Assembly (NCBI GenBank): GCA_965228485.1
Contig: OZ245819.1
Location: 300,001-332,000 of the forward strand
From: Candidatus Saccharimonadota bacterium
GTDB taxonomy: Bacteria; Patescibacteriota; Gracilibacteria; UBA4473
DNA length: 32,000 bases
Direction: 5' to 3'
Position numbers and translations under genes: made by a program. Below, piece by piece: positions 7,155 through 16,921 of the stretch. How positions within the stretch are numbered: the first letter of the stretch is position 1; every line of letters begins with the position of its first letter. The notes below the pieces were generated by a model. It did no database searches, was not told where the DNA came from, and saw only the letters and a program-made list of their open reading frames with translations.

Positions 7155-8573
7155 CTACCCCTGTATTTTTTTCTGTAGAACCTGCATTACCATTGGAGGG
7201 TTAGCTGATCCTCGTGATTTTTTCATCACTTGCCCCATCAGGAACTGGATTCCTTTATCTTTTCCATTTTTAATATCCTCAACCACAGATTGATTTTCAG
7301 CCATCACTTCATCCACCCAAGCTTCGATTTCTCCACTGTCAGATTTTTGTTCTAGTCCTAGATTTTCCATAAGTTCTTTGGCTGATTTCCCATTTTCCAT
7401 AGCGGCTTGGATGATTTCTTTGGCCGCACTTGATGAGATTTTTCCATCTTCTTGCAGATTGACTGTATCGGCTAAATGTTCTGGAGTAATTTCTGACTTA
7501 GTCCAATTAGTATCAGCCAAAACAACCGAAAGGAAAAGATTGGCGACCTTTTTCGCTTTCTTATTTAGGGTGATAGCTTTTTCGTAGAAGGTATAAAGTT
7601 CTGGAGCTTCTGTAATTTTTAGGGCTTCGGCTTCAGTCAGACCAAGATCGTCTTGGTATCGGTGAAATTTCGCGAGAGGCAGTTCAGGAAGAGAAGCGTT
7701 GATATCTTCTATTTCTGCCTTAGTAAAGGTTACTGGTGGCAGATCAGGCTCTGGGAAGTATCGGTAATCATGAGCCGACTCTTTATCTCGTAAAAGCTTT
7801 GTTTCTTCTTTATCATCCAGCCATCCAACGGTTGTTTCTTGGGTAGGAATTGATCCTTTTTCCCAGGCTGATTTCTGTTTTCTCAATTCGTATTTCAGCG
7901 CTTTGTAGAGAGAGGTAAAAGAATTTAGATTTTTAATTTCTGTTCGAGGGTAAAGTTTATCTTCCCCTTTTGGTCGAAGCGAGATAGAGGCATCAAATCG
8001 CATCATCCCCTTCTCCATATCAGCATCGGAGGCATCGACCGCTCGTAAGATTTTTTGAATTTCTTGAGCCAAAACTCGAGCTTCTTCAGGGTCTCTAAGG
8101 TCTGGTTCAGTTACAATTTCTACTAATGGTGTTCCGGCTCGATTATAATCACAGAGGGTTCCATTAACTGTATGTGTAAGCTTTCCAGCATCGTTTTCTA
8201 AATGCACTCGAGTAATACCGATCGTCTTTTTCTCCCCTCCTTCAAGCTCAATGTCTACCTGACCATCTAGAGAGATTGGTTGATCGTATTGAGATATTTG
8301 AAATCCGTTTGGAAGGTCTGGGTAAAAATAATTTTTTCGATCAAATTTTGAAAACTCTTGTATTTCGCATCCTAGGGCTGCAGCTCCTCGAACCCCTTTC
8401 TCTAAAGCCGTTTTGTTTAGCACTGGCAACATTCCTGGGAATCCCATACAAACTGGGCAAACCCGGGTATTTGGCTTCGCGCCAAAAGCGTCATTATCAC
8501 AATTACAGAAGAGTTTTGTTTTGGTACTCAGTTGAGCGTGAATTTCGAGACCGATAATTACTTCTAATTCCAT
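7155..8573 (-). CDS. gatB: aspartyl/glutamyl-tRNA(Asn/Gln) amidotransferase subunit B
   Basis: N-terminal sequence is ELEVIIGLEIHAQLSTKTKLFCNC...CPVCMGFPGMLPVLN. Length and C-terminal YqeY-like tail fit GatB. I prefer the ATG at 8573 over the TTG at 8585 used by the ORF track. No gatA or gatC is adjacent. Confidence 0.93.
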   Translation of the reverse strand: MELEVIIGLEIHAQLSTKTKLFCNCDNDAFGAKPNTRVCPVCMGFPGMLPVLNKTALEKGVRGAAALGCEIQEFSKFDRKNYFYPDLPNGFQISQYDQPISLDGQVDIELEGGEKKTIGITRVHLENDAGKLTHTVNGTLCDYNRAGTPLVEIVTEPDLRDPEEARVLAQEIQKILRAVDASDADMEKGMMRFDASISLRPKGEDKLYPRTEIKNLNSFTSLYKALKYELRKQKSAWEKGSIPTQETTVGWLDDKEETKLLRDKESAHDYRYFPEPDLPPVTFTKAEIEDINASLPELPLAKFHRYQDDLGLTEAEALKITEAPELYTFYEKAITLNKKAKKVANLFLSVVLADTNWTKSEITPEHLADTVNLQEDGKISSSAAKEIIQAAMENGKSAKELMENLGLEQKSDSGEIEAWVDEVMAENQSVVEDIKNGKDKGIQFLMGQVMKKSRGSANPPMVMQVLQKKIQG

Positions 8574-8683
8574 ATTTTTTTCCAAATCAGAGTCATTCTA
8601 AGCATTTGTTAAAAACCCTCAAAAAAAATAAGTCTAAAACTGGTAAAAAGATGAATTTTATGATACAATGGAGGGATTTTTTC

Positions 8684-8995
8684 ATGAAAAAAGAAATTCA
8701 ACAACTGATCTTAGAGAGTTTATTCTTGTCAGTCTCTGCCAAGAAGAAGCTTCTCGAAAAACTTGATTCCCTCAGTGATAATCAAGCAAAAGTAATGTTA
8801 TCACTTCTGGAAACAGCTCAAAAACATCAGAATTTTTTGATTGAAAAAGCCACTCAAGACAAACAGTTTCTTGCCAATATCAAACACGATATTCAACAAG
8901 AAAAACGACACGATGACCAGATTCGTGAAGAAATTAACCAAACAAAAGAAGCTCAAGTACTCGAAAAACTTGAAGCTGAAATTGATAAGCTCTAA
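8684..8995 (+). CDS. hypothetical coiled-coil protein (103 aa)
   Basis: ATG at 8684 is preceded by GGAGGG (8670-8675). The longer 8606 start has no such support. K/E/Q-rich heptad-like sequence. The stop lies 5 nt before the 1547-aa gene. Confidence 0.6.
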   Translation: MKKEIQQLILESLFLSVSAKKKLLEKLDSLSDNQAKVMLSLLETAQKHQNFLIEKATQDKQFLANIKHDIQQEKRHDDQIREEINQTKEAQVLEKLEAEIDKL

Positions 8996-9000
8996 CAAAA

Positions 9001-12000
9001 ATGAAAAACTTCTTTCAATCGGCTTACGGCACAGAAAAAGTATCTAGATTTATTTTCTTAGAAGAAACTGGTGGAGAAACTCTCCCAGCAAGTTTTACAG
9101 CGGAAGATGGAAATACTGATGCGGCACGTCAACAGGCGGAATTTAGAGCCATGATGGATAAAATTCCTGAGAAATATCGAGACGTTGCCAGAGATTATTT
9201 AACCAGAACTGCCGAACTACATGATTTTGATAATGAAAGTGGTCTAGATGGACATGAAGCTGGTAACTTCTTAGATGCCATGGAAGGAAGGGCAAATCTT
9301 ATTGCCAGTAGTGAAACGGTTGCGAGAGCTCTGGACAAATTTGGAGATAACATTGAAGATATTCTTCGAGTGATTGTCACTCTAGAGACGGAACAAGTAG
9401 ATAGATTCCTCGATAGTGGTTTAGAGCAAAATTTATCACCAGATAAACTAGTAGCTCGAGCTAGGGCTATTAATATCTTGAATACGAGACTCGAAACTAT
9501 GAAAGCTCAAACCGCTGCTAGAGACTTAGGTAATTATATTGCAGGCAGAAATATTCCCCCTCGGGGAACGCCGGAATATGAAGAAGTAATGAGACAACAT
9601 GCTATCAGACATGGTGTTTTAGAAAGAAACAATGATGAAGACGGCAGTTATCCTGATATGAGTTTAGAAGAGATTGAGCAGGCTCTATTTGAAAAAAGAC
9701 ATGCACACCGTGCTCCAGTCTACCGACATGCCACGGAAACATTAGACCTTATGCTAAATAATAGGACTGATGAAGGGACGGTCCTTAGAGTCGCTCAAGA
9801 ACTTCAGGGAAACGCTGGAGAACCGACCAGAATCGCATTAGATGCCTATGGAGCTAATCCAGCAGACAGAGAAACGGCTGGAGAAAACACTTTATCTGAT
9901 GAACAAATCAGAAATACTGAAACTTTCCTTCAAACAATAGAAGGTTATAAACCCGACCTTTTGGCAGATGCATTAGCCGTTAGAGAGGCTATCAGAGCAA
10001 ATGATCTAAATACTACTAAAACCGCTCTCGAAAAAGTTGTTTCGGAAGCTCTCGATACTGTAAGTGGATGGAATCTTAGTACTGATAAATATATGAATGA
10101 TGATGGAGAATGGATCACCTTTTCTGCGGAAGCGATAATGAACGATCCAAATGCTATGATTCAAGCCCTTAGAGAATTAAATGATACGACCTCTGCCTCT
10201 AGAGAAACCAGCAAAAGAACCCGTGAAGGGTTAAAAACTGCTAGAGAGGCTGGCGGTGAACTTAGCGAAAGAGAAAATAGTATTCTTGACAGTTACAAAG
10301 CAGCGCTTGAGGCTGATGGAGCTTCTAACGAAGCGAGCCAAAAGTTTGATGAAATGGTCCAAATGGTCAAACGAATAGATCCTATCTATGCAGAAAGAAT
10401 GTTGGCCAATAGAGCTACAATGATTGATAATATGGCAAAAGATATGACCTTTATGAAGGTTCTTGATGCTGATATTTCTGCCAACGGTTCTGAAGGACTC
10501 GGAAGTCTTTTAGCTATTTATGATGATATGAAGGGACTTTACGGAACTTTTAATTTCACTGATGAGAATGCAGCCATAGCTCGAGAAGTTATGATTTTTG
10601 CAGCTAGCATGATGATTCCATTTGGGGCTATTATTAATGTAGCTGGAAGAGCTGTTGGAGGAGCCGCACGACTCGCTATACGGGGGGCGACCAGAACTAA
10701 AGTCGTTCAAGGTTCTGGGAGCAGGCTTGCCAGTATGATGCCAACACGTGGAACTGGACTTGTAGATGATGCCGGTCGAGTTGTTGCTAATGGAACGCCT
10801 GGACGAGAAGCTTTGATGGCCGTTCAAAATTCAGTGACTAGAGCTAAAGGAGGTAAAGCCGCCGCTGATGCTATTGCTGCAGGAGAAAAAATTGAAGATG
10901 TTCTCAGAATTGCAGGACAAAGAAATATCACCTTGAAAGGTATCCTAGAAGCTGCCGAAGGAAATGCTGCAGCTCTTACCGCCATTCGTACTAACATGGT
11001 AAAATATGTTGCCGCGGCTGGCGATGATGTGGCCGCTCTTAGACAGTTAGTCGTAACCGCTGGTGATGATGCCGCTGCTATAGGTGTCATTCGAGGTAAT
11101 ATGGCTAAATTTGCAGCAGCGGCTGGTGATGATGTAGCTCAAATTAACCGTCTAATGGTACTTGCTGGTGATGATGCGGCCGCTATTGCTACTTTAAGAA
11201 CACAACTTGGAGAAATAGTCAAAGCTAGCGAAGGTGCTGCTGCACAGCTCATTGCCCAAGGAGCTAAAGTTGATGAAGTTTATTTAGCCGTAATGGCACA
11301 AGGAGGAAAAGTTGATGACGTACTTGCGGCGGTTAAAGCCGCAGGAGCTTCTGTTGATGATGCTGCTGTCGCTATTATTGCCAAAGGTGGGAAGATTGAT
11401 GATGTATTTGTTGCCGTTAAAAATACTGAAGGAAATATTAATGCCCTTGCTGCCCGAATGGTACAGCAAGGTAAAAATGTTGATGAAGTACTCGCTGGAG
11501 TTAAAGCTGCTAGAGCTTCTGTTGATGATGCTGCTGCCGCTATTATTGCCAAGGGTGGGAAGATTGATGATGTATTTGTTGCCGTTAAAAATACTGAAGG
11601 AAATATTAATGCTCTTGCCGCAAGAGTTGCTCAACAAGGAAAAAACATTGATGAAGTACTTGCTGGAGTTAAAGCCGCTAGAGCGTCTGTTGATGATGCT
11701 GCTGCCGCTATTATTGCCAAGGGTGGTAAAGTTGATGAAGTCTTAGCTGCTGCTAAAACTGCTGGCTCTGCCGTTGATGATGTATTGGCTAAAGCTATTA
11801 CTCAAGGAGCTAAAATCGATGACGTACTTGCGGCTGCCAAAACTGTTGGCTCTGCCGCTGATGATGTACTCGCTAAAGCTATTGCAAATGGGGCCAAAGT
11901 TGAAGATGTACTCGCTGCCGCTAAAACCGTTGGAGCCGCTGTTGATGATGTACTCGCTAAAGCTATTGCCCAAGGAACTAAGCTTGAACGAATTATTCAA

Positions 12001-13644
12001 GGAGCCGCTGTAAGTGAAAGACAACTAGCCATTAAGGCCTTAATTGAAAGCAAAGGAAGTCTACAACAAGCTATTAAGAATATGGATAATCCAGCGATTC
12101 TATTTAGATATGCTGACGATGCCGGAGACTTTTCACATGTATTACGACAATTTGCTCTTACCGATGATGCGCTTGCAAAACTACCACAGCAGTTATCTGC
12201 GCTGGGAGAACGAGAAGCTTTTCTGGCAAGAGTTGCAAAAATGCCTCATGGACCACTTCGAACTAGAGTGGATGAAATATTTGGCATGAGAACACTCGCC
12301 AGAGTCGAGTCTAATGCGCTAAAAGCTCGTCTAGGAAATGCTCTTTCTGGTCCGTATGAAAAACTTATGGAAGGAACTTCCGCTATATTACAAGGTTCTT
12401 TAAGACGTAACATTGACGGTGCTTTAACAAAACTCGAAAATCGAAACCTTCCAGGACTAAATCGATTACTTAAAGATTTGAGGTTCCAACTACAAGGACA
12501 AGCCGCAAAAGCGGCTCCTCTATGGGAGGGTTTAATTGCTCGAGTGACCGCCACACTTCCTGCGGATGCAAGAGCTATTGCTCTTAGAGGGGTGCCAGCA
12601 ACACTTGCTGTTGCCGCTGTACACGAAGCTACACCAGCCGTAGCTGATACAGAGAGACGAGATGAAGAAGAGATTATCGCTCCTGTTGAAACTGACAAAG
12701 AAAACGAAAGACCTAAGTTTGATAATGTAGATGCCCTCATTGAAGGTCTAACGCTTGATCACATGGCTCATCCAAAAACTCGAGGAGAAGTACTCGCAAT
12801 TTTGGCTAAATATCAAGCAGAATATAATCAAGGAGACTGGGTAAAAATTGGTCTAGAAATTGCCAAAGTATTTGGTGTCGAAGAAGGATTTGAAACCAGT
12901 AAAGAAGAAATCTACGCTGATGGAAGTAAACTTCGAGCCTTTGGAGCCAAAGTCCAAGAAATCATTAATCATGCTAATGAATTTAAACCTGATATAAATC
13001 GTGATGGTAAAGTAGGACGACAGTCACTTATTGATCTTGAAACGGCTATTCAAGCCCGAGCCGCTGACTTAGCGTTAAGTGGTGAAGGTATTACAGAGGA
13101 AACTGTGGCTGCTCGACGAACAGAACTTGAAGCTATTGCAAAAATAGAAGATCCAAATGAGAGAAATATCAAATTTGCTCAAGCTCTAGGATTCCAAGTA
13201 CCAGAAGGAGAAGCTGGACAAGCCGCTGCTCGCCGAGTGGTTGATCAAATGGCTAGAACCGTTGGATTTGATCCAAGCGAAGGACTCACGCCAGCAACAA
13301 TGGAAAAAGTTCTTGATCATAATTGGAGTCTGACCCCAATAAGAGCACTAACCACTAATGATTTTTCTTCACTATCTGATGCAGAAAACACTCAGATCAA
13401 AGAAGTTCTACAAGGTAATGCTGATCGAGCTGAAAGAACTGGGAAAATTGCTGAGGCCTTTGGATTTAGTCTTTCAAAAGGACCTGATGGTAAATACCAC
13501 TACAATACCGAAGCTAGAAATTTTGTAGAAGACCTACAAAAAGCTCTTGGTTTTGAAGGTGGTGATGTAGATGGTGTTCTTGGACCAAAAACTCTTGGAG
13601 CTCTAAGAGAAAAAGATCTTCGAACGCTGACTATCGGTTCATAA
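9001..13644 (+). CDS. giant (1547 aa) Ala-rich repeat protein with C-terminal peptidoglycan-binding-like motifs
   Basis: Uninterrupted 4.6-kb ORF. One hydrophobic segment (VMIFAASMMIPFGAIINVAG). A nested tandem-repeat core. The C-terminus VEDLQKALGFEGGDVDGVLGPKTLGALRE resembles the PG_binding_1 consensus (LGy..g.vDG.fG..T..Al), with weaker earlier copies (FGVEEG, LGFQVPEG, VGFDPSEG, FGFSLSKG). Confidence 0.85.
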   Translation: MKNFFQSAYGTEKVSRFIFLEETGGETLPASFTAEDGNTDAARQQAEFRAMMDKIPEKYRDVARDYLTRTAELHDFDNESGLDGHEAGNFLDAMEGRANLIASSETVARALDKFGDNIEDILRVIVTLETEQVDRFLDSGLEQNLSPDKLVARARAINILNTRLETMKAQTAARDLGNYIAGRNIPPRGTPEYEEVMRQHAIRHGVLERNNDEDGSYPDMSLEEIEQALFEKRHAHRAPVYRHATETLDLMLNNRTDEGTVLRVAQELQGNAGEPTRIALDAYGANPADRETAGENTLSDEQIRNTETFLQTIEGYKPDLLADALAVREAIRANDLNTTKTALEKVVSEALDTVSGWNLSTDKYMNDDGEWITFSAEAIMNDPNAMIQALRELNDTTSASRETSKRTREGLKTAREAGGELSERENSILDSYKAALEADGASNEASQKFDEMVQMVKRIDPIYAERMLANRATMIDNMAKDMTFMKVLDADISANGSEGLGSLLAIYDDMKGLYGTFNFTDENAAIAREVMIFAASMMIPFGAIINVAGRAVGGAARLAIRGATRTKVVQGSGSRLASMMPTRGTGLVDDAGRVVANGTPGREALMAVQNSVTRAKGGKAAADAIAAGEKIEDVLRIAGQRNITLKGILEAAEGNAAALTAIRTNMVKYVAAAGDDVAALRQLVVTAGDDAAAIGVIRGNMAKFAAAAGDDVAQINRLMVLAGDDAAAIATLRTQLGEIVKASEGAAAQLIAQGAKVDEVYLAVMAQGGKVDDVLAAVKAAGASVDDAAVAIIAKGGKIDDVFVAVKNTEGNINALAARMVQQGKNVDEVLAGVKAARASVDDAAAAIIAKGGKIDDVFVAVKNTEGNINALAARVAQQGKNIDEVLAGVKAARASVDDAAAAIIAKGGKVDEVLAAAKTAGSAVDDVLAKAITQGAKIDDVLAAAKTVGSAADDVLAKAIANGAKVEDVLAAAKTVGAAVDDVLAKAIAQGTKLERIIQGAAVSERQLAIKALIESKGSLQQAIKNMDNPAILFRYADDAGDFSHVLRQFALTDDALAKLPQQLSALGEREAFLARVAKMPHGPLRTRVDEIFGMRTLARVESNALKARLGNALSGPYEKLMEGTSAILQGSLRRNIDGALTKLENRNLPGLNRLLKDLRFQLQGQAAKAAPLWEGLIARVTATLPADARAIALRGVPATLAVAAVHEATPAVADTERRDEEEIIAPVETDKENERPKFDNVDALIEGLTLDHMAHPKTRGEVLAILAKYQAEYNQGDWVKIGLEIAKVFGVEEGFETSKEEIYADGSKLRAFGAKVQEIINHANEFKPDINRDGKVGRQSLIDLETAIQARAADLALSGEGITEETVAARRTELEAIAKIEDPNERNIKFAQALGFQVPEGEAGQAAARRVVDQMARTVGFDPSEGLTPATMEKVLDHNWSLTPIRALTTNDFSSLSDAENTQIKEVLQGNADRAERTGKIAEAFGFSLSKGPDGKYHYNTEARNFVEDLQKALGFEGGDVDGVLGPKTLGALREKDLRTLTIGS
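11017..11990 (+). repeat. nested in-frame tandem repeats with 105-nt (35 aa), 168-nt (56 aa, near-identical) and 84-nt (28 aa) periods
   Basis: AGDDVAxL units at 11017 and 11122. GTTGATGATGCTGCTG(T/C)CGCTATTATTGCC recurs at 11353, 11521 and 11689. Three 84-nt units (VLAAAKTxGxAxDDVLAKAIxxGxKxxD) span about 11740-11990. Confidence 0.9.
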
Positions 13645-13669
13645 AATCTTCATTTTTTACATTCGCTGC

Positions 13670-13698
13670 TTGACCCTTTAGTAAGCAATTCCTAGAAT
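13670..13698 (+). promoter_or_regulatory. sigma70-like promoter candidate for pgk (TTGACC, 17 nt, TAGAAT)
   Basis: -35 box at 13670-13675 and -10 box at 13693-13698, 27 nt upstream of the pgk ATG. Confidence 0.45.
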
Positions 13699-13724
13699 TT
13701 GCGTGATTACAAATTCCCCTATTC

Positions 13725-14885
13725 ATGCAAATCAAAAAACTTACTTCAGAAGCGGTTAAGGACAAGATTGTGGCTATTCGCGTAGATTTCAATGTCCCTA
13801 TTGATAATGGGAAGGTTTCGGAAAACACCCGAATTGCAGAATCAATCCCTACACTAAAATTTTTATTGGAAAATGGAGCGAAAGAAATTCATATTCTTTC
13901 TCATTTAGGACGACCAAAAGGAGCCCCCGACCCGAAATATTCTCTAAAGGTTGTTTTATCAGAACTAGAATCACTTCTCGGTAAGTCTGTTGAGTTTAGA
14001 GAAACACTCACCAGTGGGGAAAGCCGAATTCAACTTCATGAAAATGTTCGATTTTACGCTGGGGAAAAGAAAAATGCTCCAGACTTTATCCAAGAACTTC
14101 TTAGCCTCAATGCCGAAGTTTTTATCAATGATGGTTTTGCCGTTTCACACCGACCACACGCTTCGGTAATTGGTCTAGCAAGCTATCTTCCCGCTTACCC
14201 AGGATTTTTGCTTCAAAAAGAAATCGATCATCTCTCCCCTTTCCTTTCAGATAAAAAGATCGAAGGGCTTACGGTTGTAGTTGGAGGGGCGAAAATCGAA
14301 ACTAAGGTTAAAGTTCTTGAGCACTTTGCTCAAACCGCTGAAAATATCATTATTGGAGGGGCTCTTGCTAATACCTTTTTAGCGGCTCAAGGTTTCAATG
14401 TTGGAGAGAGCTTTTATGAAGAAGATCAGTTAGATATTACTCGAAAGATTATTACATTGGCAGAAAAAAACCAAACAGGACTACACCTCCCAATTGATGT
14501 TATTTGTGCTGATAGTATGGAATCAAATGAGACGGTTGATATTCCAACTCAAAATGTCATGGGAAGTATGAAAATTTTTGATATGGGAATTAAAACCATA
14601 AATAGTTATAAAGAAATTCTTCAGCACTCTAAAACGATTATTTGGAACGGTCCTTTGGGATGCTTTGAATTCAAACCATTTGAAAAAGGAACTCGTGAGG
14701 TTTTAAAAACCATAGCGGCTCAAAAATCAGCTCAAACTATTCTTGGTGGAGGAGACACGCTTGATGCACTTAAGAAATTCGGAGTAGAAAAAGATGCTTT
14801 CACCCATGTCTCTACTGGAGGTGGAGCCATGCTTGAGTTTTTAGAAGGAAAAGATCTTCCTGGAATTGAAGTTTTAAAATCATAA
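13725..14885 (+). CDS. pgk: phosphoglycerate kinase
   Basis: RVDFNVPIDNGKVSENTRI and ILSHLGRPKG motifs, and C-terminal STGGGAMLEFLEG. 386 aa. Confidence 0.95.
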   Translation: MQIKKLTSEAVKDKIVAIRVDFNVPIDNGKVSENTRIAESIPTLKFLLENGAKEIHILSHLGRPKGAPDPKYSLKVVLSELESLLGKSVEFRETLTSGESRIQLHENVRFYAGEKKNAPDFIQELLSLNAEVFINDGFAVSHRPHASVIGLASYLPAYPGFLLQKEIDHLSPFLSDKKIEGLTVVVGGAKIETKVKVLEHFAQTAENIIIGGALANTFLAAQGFNVGESFYEEDQLDITRKIITLAEKNQTGLHLPIDVICADSMESNETVDIPTQNVMGSMKIFDMGIKTINSYKEILQHSKTIIWNGPLGCFEFKPFEKGTREVLKTIAAQKSAQTILGGGDTLDALKKFGVEKDAFTHVSTGGGAMLEFLEGKDLPGIEVLKS

Positions 14886-14985
14886 CAATAAAATCTCTGG
14901 CTTGCCCAGAGTCTCAATAAAAAATATCATCTAATCTGTTTGTTGGTTAGATTCTAGACAAGCTAGAAATTTAAAATTCAAAAAT

Positions 14986-15906
14986 ATGACAATCAAAGTT
15001 TTTGGTCACAAATCACCGGATACCGATGCTACTGGAAGTGCTATTATTGCCGCTTGGTACTACAACAATATTCTTGGAAAAGACGCTACTCCTTATATCC
15101 TGGGAGAACTCAATCCTGAAACAAAATTTGTTTTGGATTACTGGGGCCTGGATATTCCAGAAATCATCACAAAAGTTGATGATGGTGACCAAGTGGTAAT
15201 CGTCGATACCAATAATCGAGACGAGCTCCCTGATAATCTAGAAAATACTGAAATTTTAGAAATCATTGATCATCATAAATTCTCGGGAAACCTCAGTACA
15301 AACTACGTGGTTAAAGTAACCATCAAAACATTGGCATCAACGGCTTCTGTCATTGGCCCAATGATGATGAATGATTGGGATAAAGTGCCAACCGAAATCA
15401 AAGGACTAATCTTGAGCTGTATTCTCTCTGATACGCTTGAATTCAGAAGTCCAACCACCACGGACTGCGATCGTCGAATGGCTGAAAATCTCACTGCAGA
15501 GCTGGGAATTGATATGCATGAATATGCCACAAAAATGTTTGAGGCCAAATCAGATGTTTCTGATTATTCTGATAAAGAACTGGTAACCCTCGATAGCAAA
15601 GTTGCTGAATTTGGTGGTAAAAAATACCGAGTAGGAGTTATTGAAACAGCCAGTCCAAAAGTGGTTTTAGACCGGAAAGACGAACTAATGAAAGCTCAAG
15701 TTGAAATTTGCGATGAAGAAGGGGTAGAAGAAGCTTTTCTTTTCATCATTGATATTCTCAATGAAGAAGCAGTACTTCTGGTCCCAAATGAAGCGACAAA
15801 AACTATGGCTGAAAAATCTTTTGACGCTCAAGTTGATGGCGACACCGTTACACTTCCAGGCATTGTTTCACGAAAAAAACAGATCATTCCAAATCTGAAA
15901 GTTTAG
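14986..15906 (+). CDS. ppaC: family II (Mn-dependent, DHH/DHHA2) inorganic pyrophosphatase
   Basis: VFGHKSPDTDATGSAI, VDTNN and IIDHHK motifs, with a C-terminal DHHA2-like region. 306 aa. Confidence 0.88.
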   Translation: MTIKVFGHKSPDTDATGSAIIAAWYYNNILGKDATPYILGELNPETKFVLDYWGLDIPEIITKVDDGDQVVIVDTNNRDELPDNLENTEILEIIDHHKFSGNLSTNYVVKVTIKTLASTASVIGPMMMNDWDKVPTEIKGLILSCILSDTLEFRSPTTTDCDRRMAENLTAELGIDMHEYATKMFEAKSDVSDYSDKELVTLDSKVAEFGGKKYRVGVIETASPKVVLDRKDELMKAQVEICDEEGVEEAFLFIIDILNEEAVLLVPNEATKTMAEKSFDAQVDGDTVTLPGIVSRKKQIIPNLKV

Positions 15907-15923
15907 TGCGTTTTTAAAAAGGA

Positions 15924-16835
15924 CTATTTTTCTCCCCAACCAAGCTTGTTTCGAAGTGTTCGGAAATAATAAGACTTCTTCAGACGAATAAACCGAGCGG
16001 TTCTGGTCGCTCTCTGAAGAGTAATTTCATCGGTTGACTTAAGAGAAAAGTGAATTTGACCATCAATCGTCATACTGATTGAGTCGACTCTGGCATCAAA
16101 ATCCAAGTGAATTCGACCCGTTGCTGGTAATACAATCGGACGGTGACTTAATCGATGTGGTGCTACCGGCGTAATAGAAATTGCCTCGAGTCTTGGGGAC
16201 ATGATTGGCCCTCCTGCACTCATTGAGTAAGCGGTTGATCCTGTTGGTGTTGAAAAAATCAAACCATCACTTCTATAGGTAGAAAGAAATCGTCGATCAA
16301 CTTTTACATTAAAATTTGTCAAACGAGCTTGTCCTCCATGACCAAAGACAATTTCATTAAGGCCATAAGCCCTGAAGACTCTTTGTTTTTTACCTTTAAA
16401 GTCTTTTCTAAACACGAATCCCTTAAGCAGGATTCTTTCATCAACCGTGAATTCTCCTTCAAAAATTTTTGATAATCCTTCAAGTGCATTTTGAGGCGTT
16501 AATTCAGAAAGGAAACCAAGTGTTCCAAAGTTAATTCCCAAAAGAAACCCATCTTTTTTCTGAAGGGTTCGAATCATTTTTAGAAGTGTACCATCTCCTC
16601 CAATACCAATTTTTAGATCGTATTTCTTCTCATCATCAATCATTGGCACGGCATTGTGCAGCATTGACACGGTTCTTACATCCCCATGGATTTCTTTAAT
16701 TCCCCGTGCATGAAAAAAACGAAGCATTTCTCGCATAAAGGCGGTTTCTTCTTTTTCTTTTTGCGGCTTGTGATGACAGTAGATCGCTACTGTTTGAAAC
16801 TTTGGTTTTGGGGCGGAAGTCTTTTTTCGTGACAT
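15924..16835 (-). CDS. nadK: NAD kinase
   Basis: GGDGTLL and NFGTLGFL motifs, plus TPTGSTAYSMSAGGPI. AGGTGA lies upstream of the ATG. Confidence 0.93.
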   Translation of the reverse strand: MSRKKTSAPKPKFQTVAIYCHHKPQKEKEETAFMREMLRFFHARGIKEIHGDVRTVSMLHNAVPMIDDEKKYDLKIGIGGDGTLLKMIRTLQKKDGFLLGINFGTLGFLSELTPQNALEGLSKIFEGEFTVDERILLKGFVFRKDFKGKKQRVFRAYGLNEIVFGHGGQARLTNFNVKVDRRFLSTYRSDGLIFSTPTGSTAYSMSAGGPIMSPRLEAISITPVAPHRLSHRPIVLPATGRIHLDFDARVDSISMTIDGQIHFSLKSTDEITLQRATRTARFIRLKKSYYFRTLRNKLGWGEK

Positions 16836-16921
16836 TCATCACCTTTTATACGGAAAAAAAACGTTTGGTCAAAAGTATAAATAAAATATTTCAGATATTT
16901 GACAAATGAATAAAAACTATT

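Noticed and set aside
8661-8669. TGATACAAT, a textbook extended -10 element upstream of the 8684 CDS.
   Set aside because: It ends 1 nt before the GGAGGG that I use as the ribosome-binding site, so a transcript started from it would lack that RBS. The two signals cannot both function as assumed, and I cannot decide between them.
10990-11990. Regular 84/105/168-nt periodicity that superficially resembles a CRISPR array.
   Set aside because: The repeats are contiguous with no unique spacers. They lie in one long open reading frame and translate into a coherent Ala/Asp/Val protein repeat, so this is a coding tandem repeat.
14895-14975. Three short hairpins (CTCTGG/CCAGAG, ATCTAA/TTAGAT, TTCTAG/CTAGAA) between pgk and ppaC.
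   Set aside because: The stems are only 6 bp and AT-rich, and none is followed by a T-tract. That is insufficient to call a terminator or regulatory RNA.
16845-16872. TTGACC, 16 nt, TATAAA on the minus strand upstream of nadK.
   Set aside because: The -10 box ends only 9 nt before the ATG, which would exclude the AGGTGA RBS from the transcript. It is either a leaderless mRNA or a chance match, and the sequence alone cannot resolve this.
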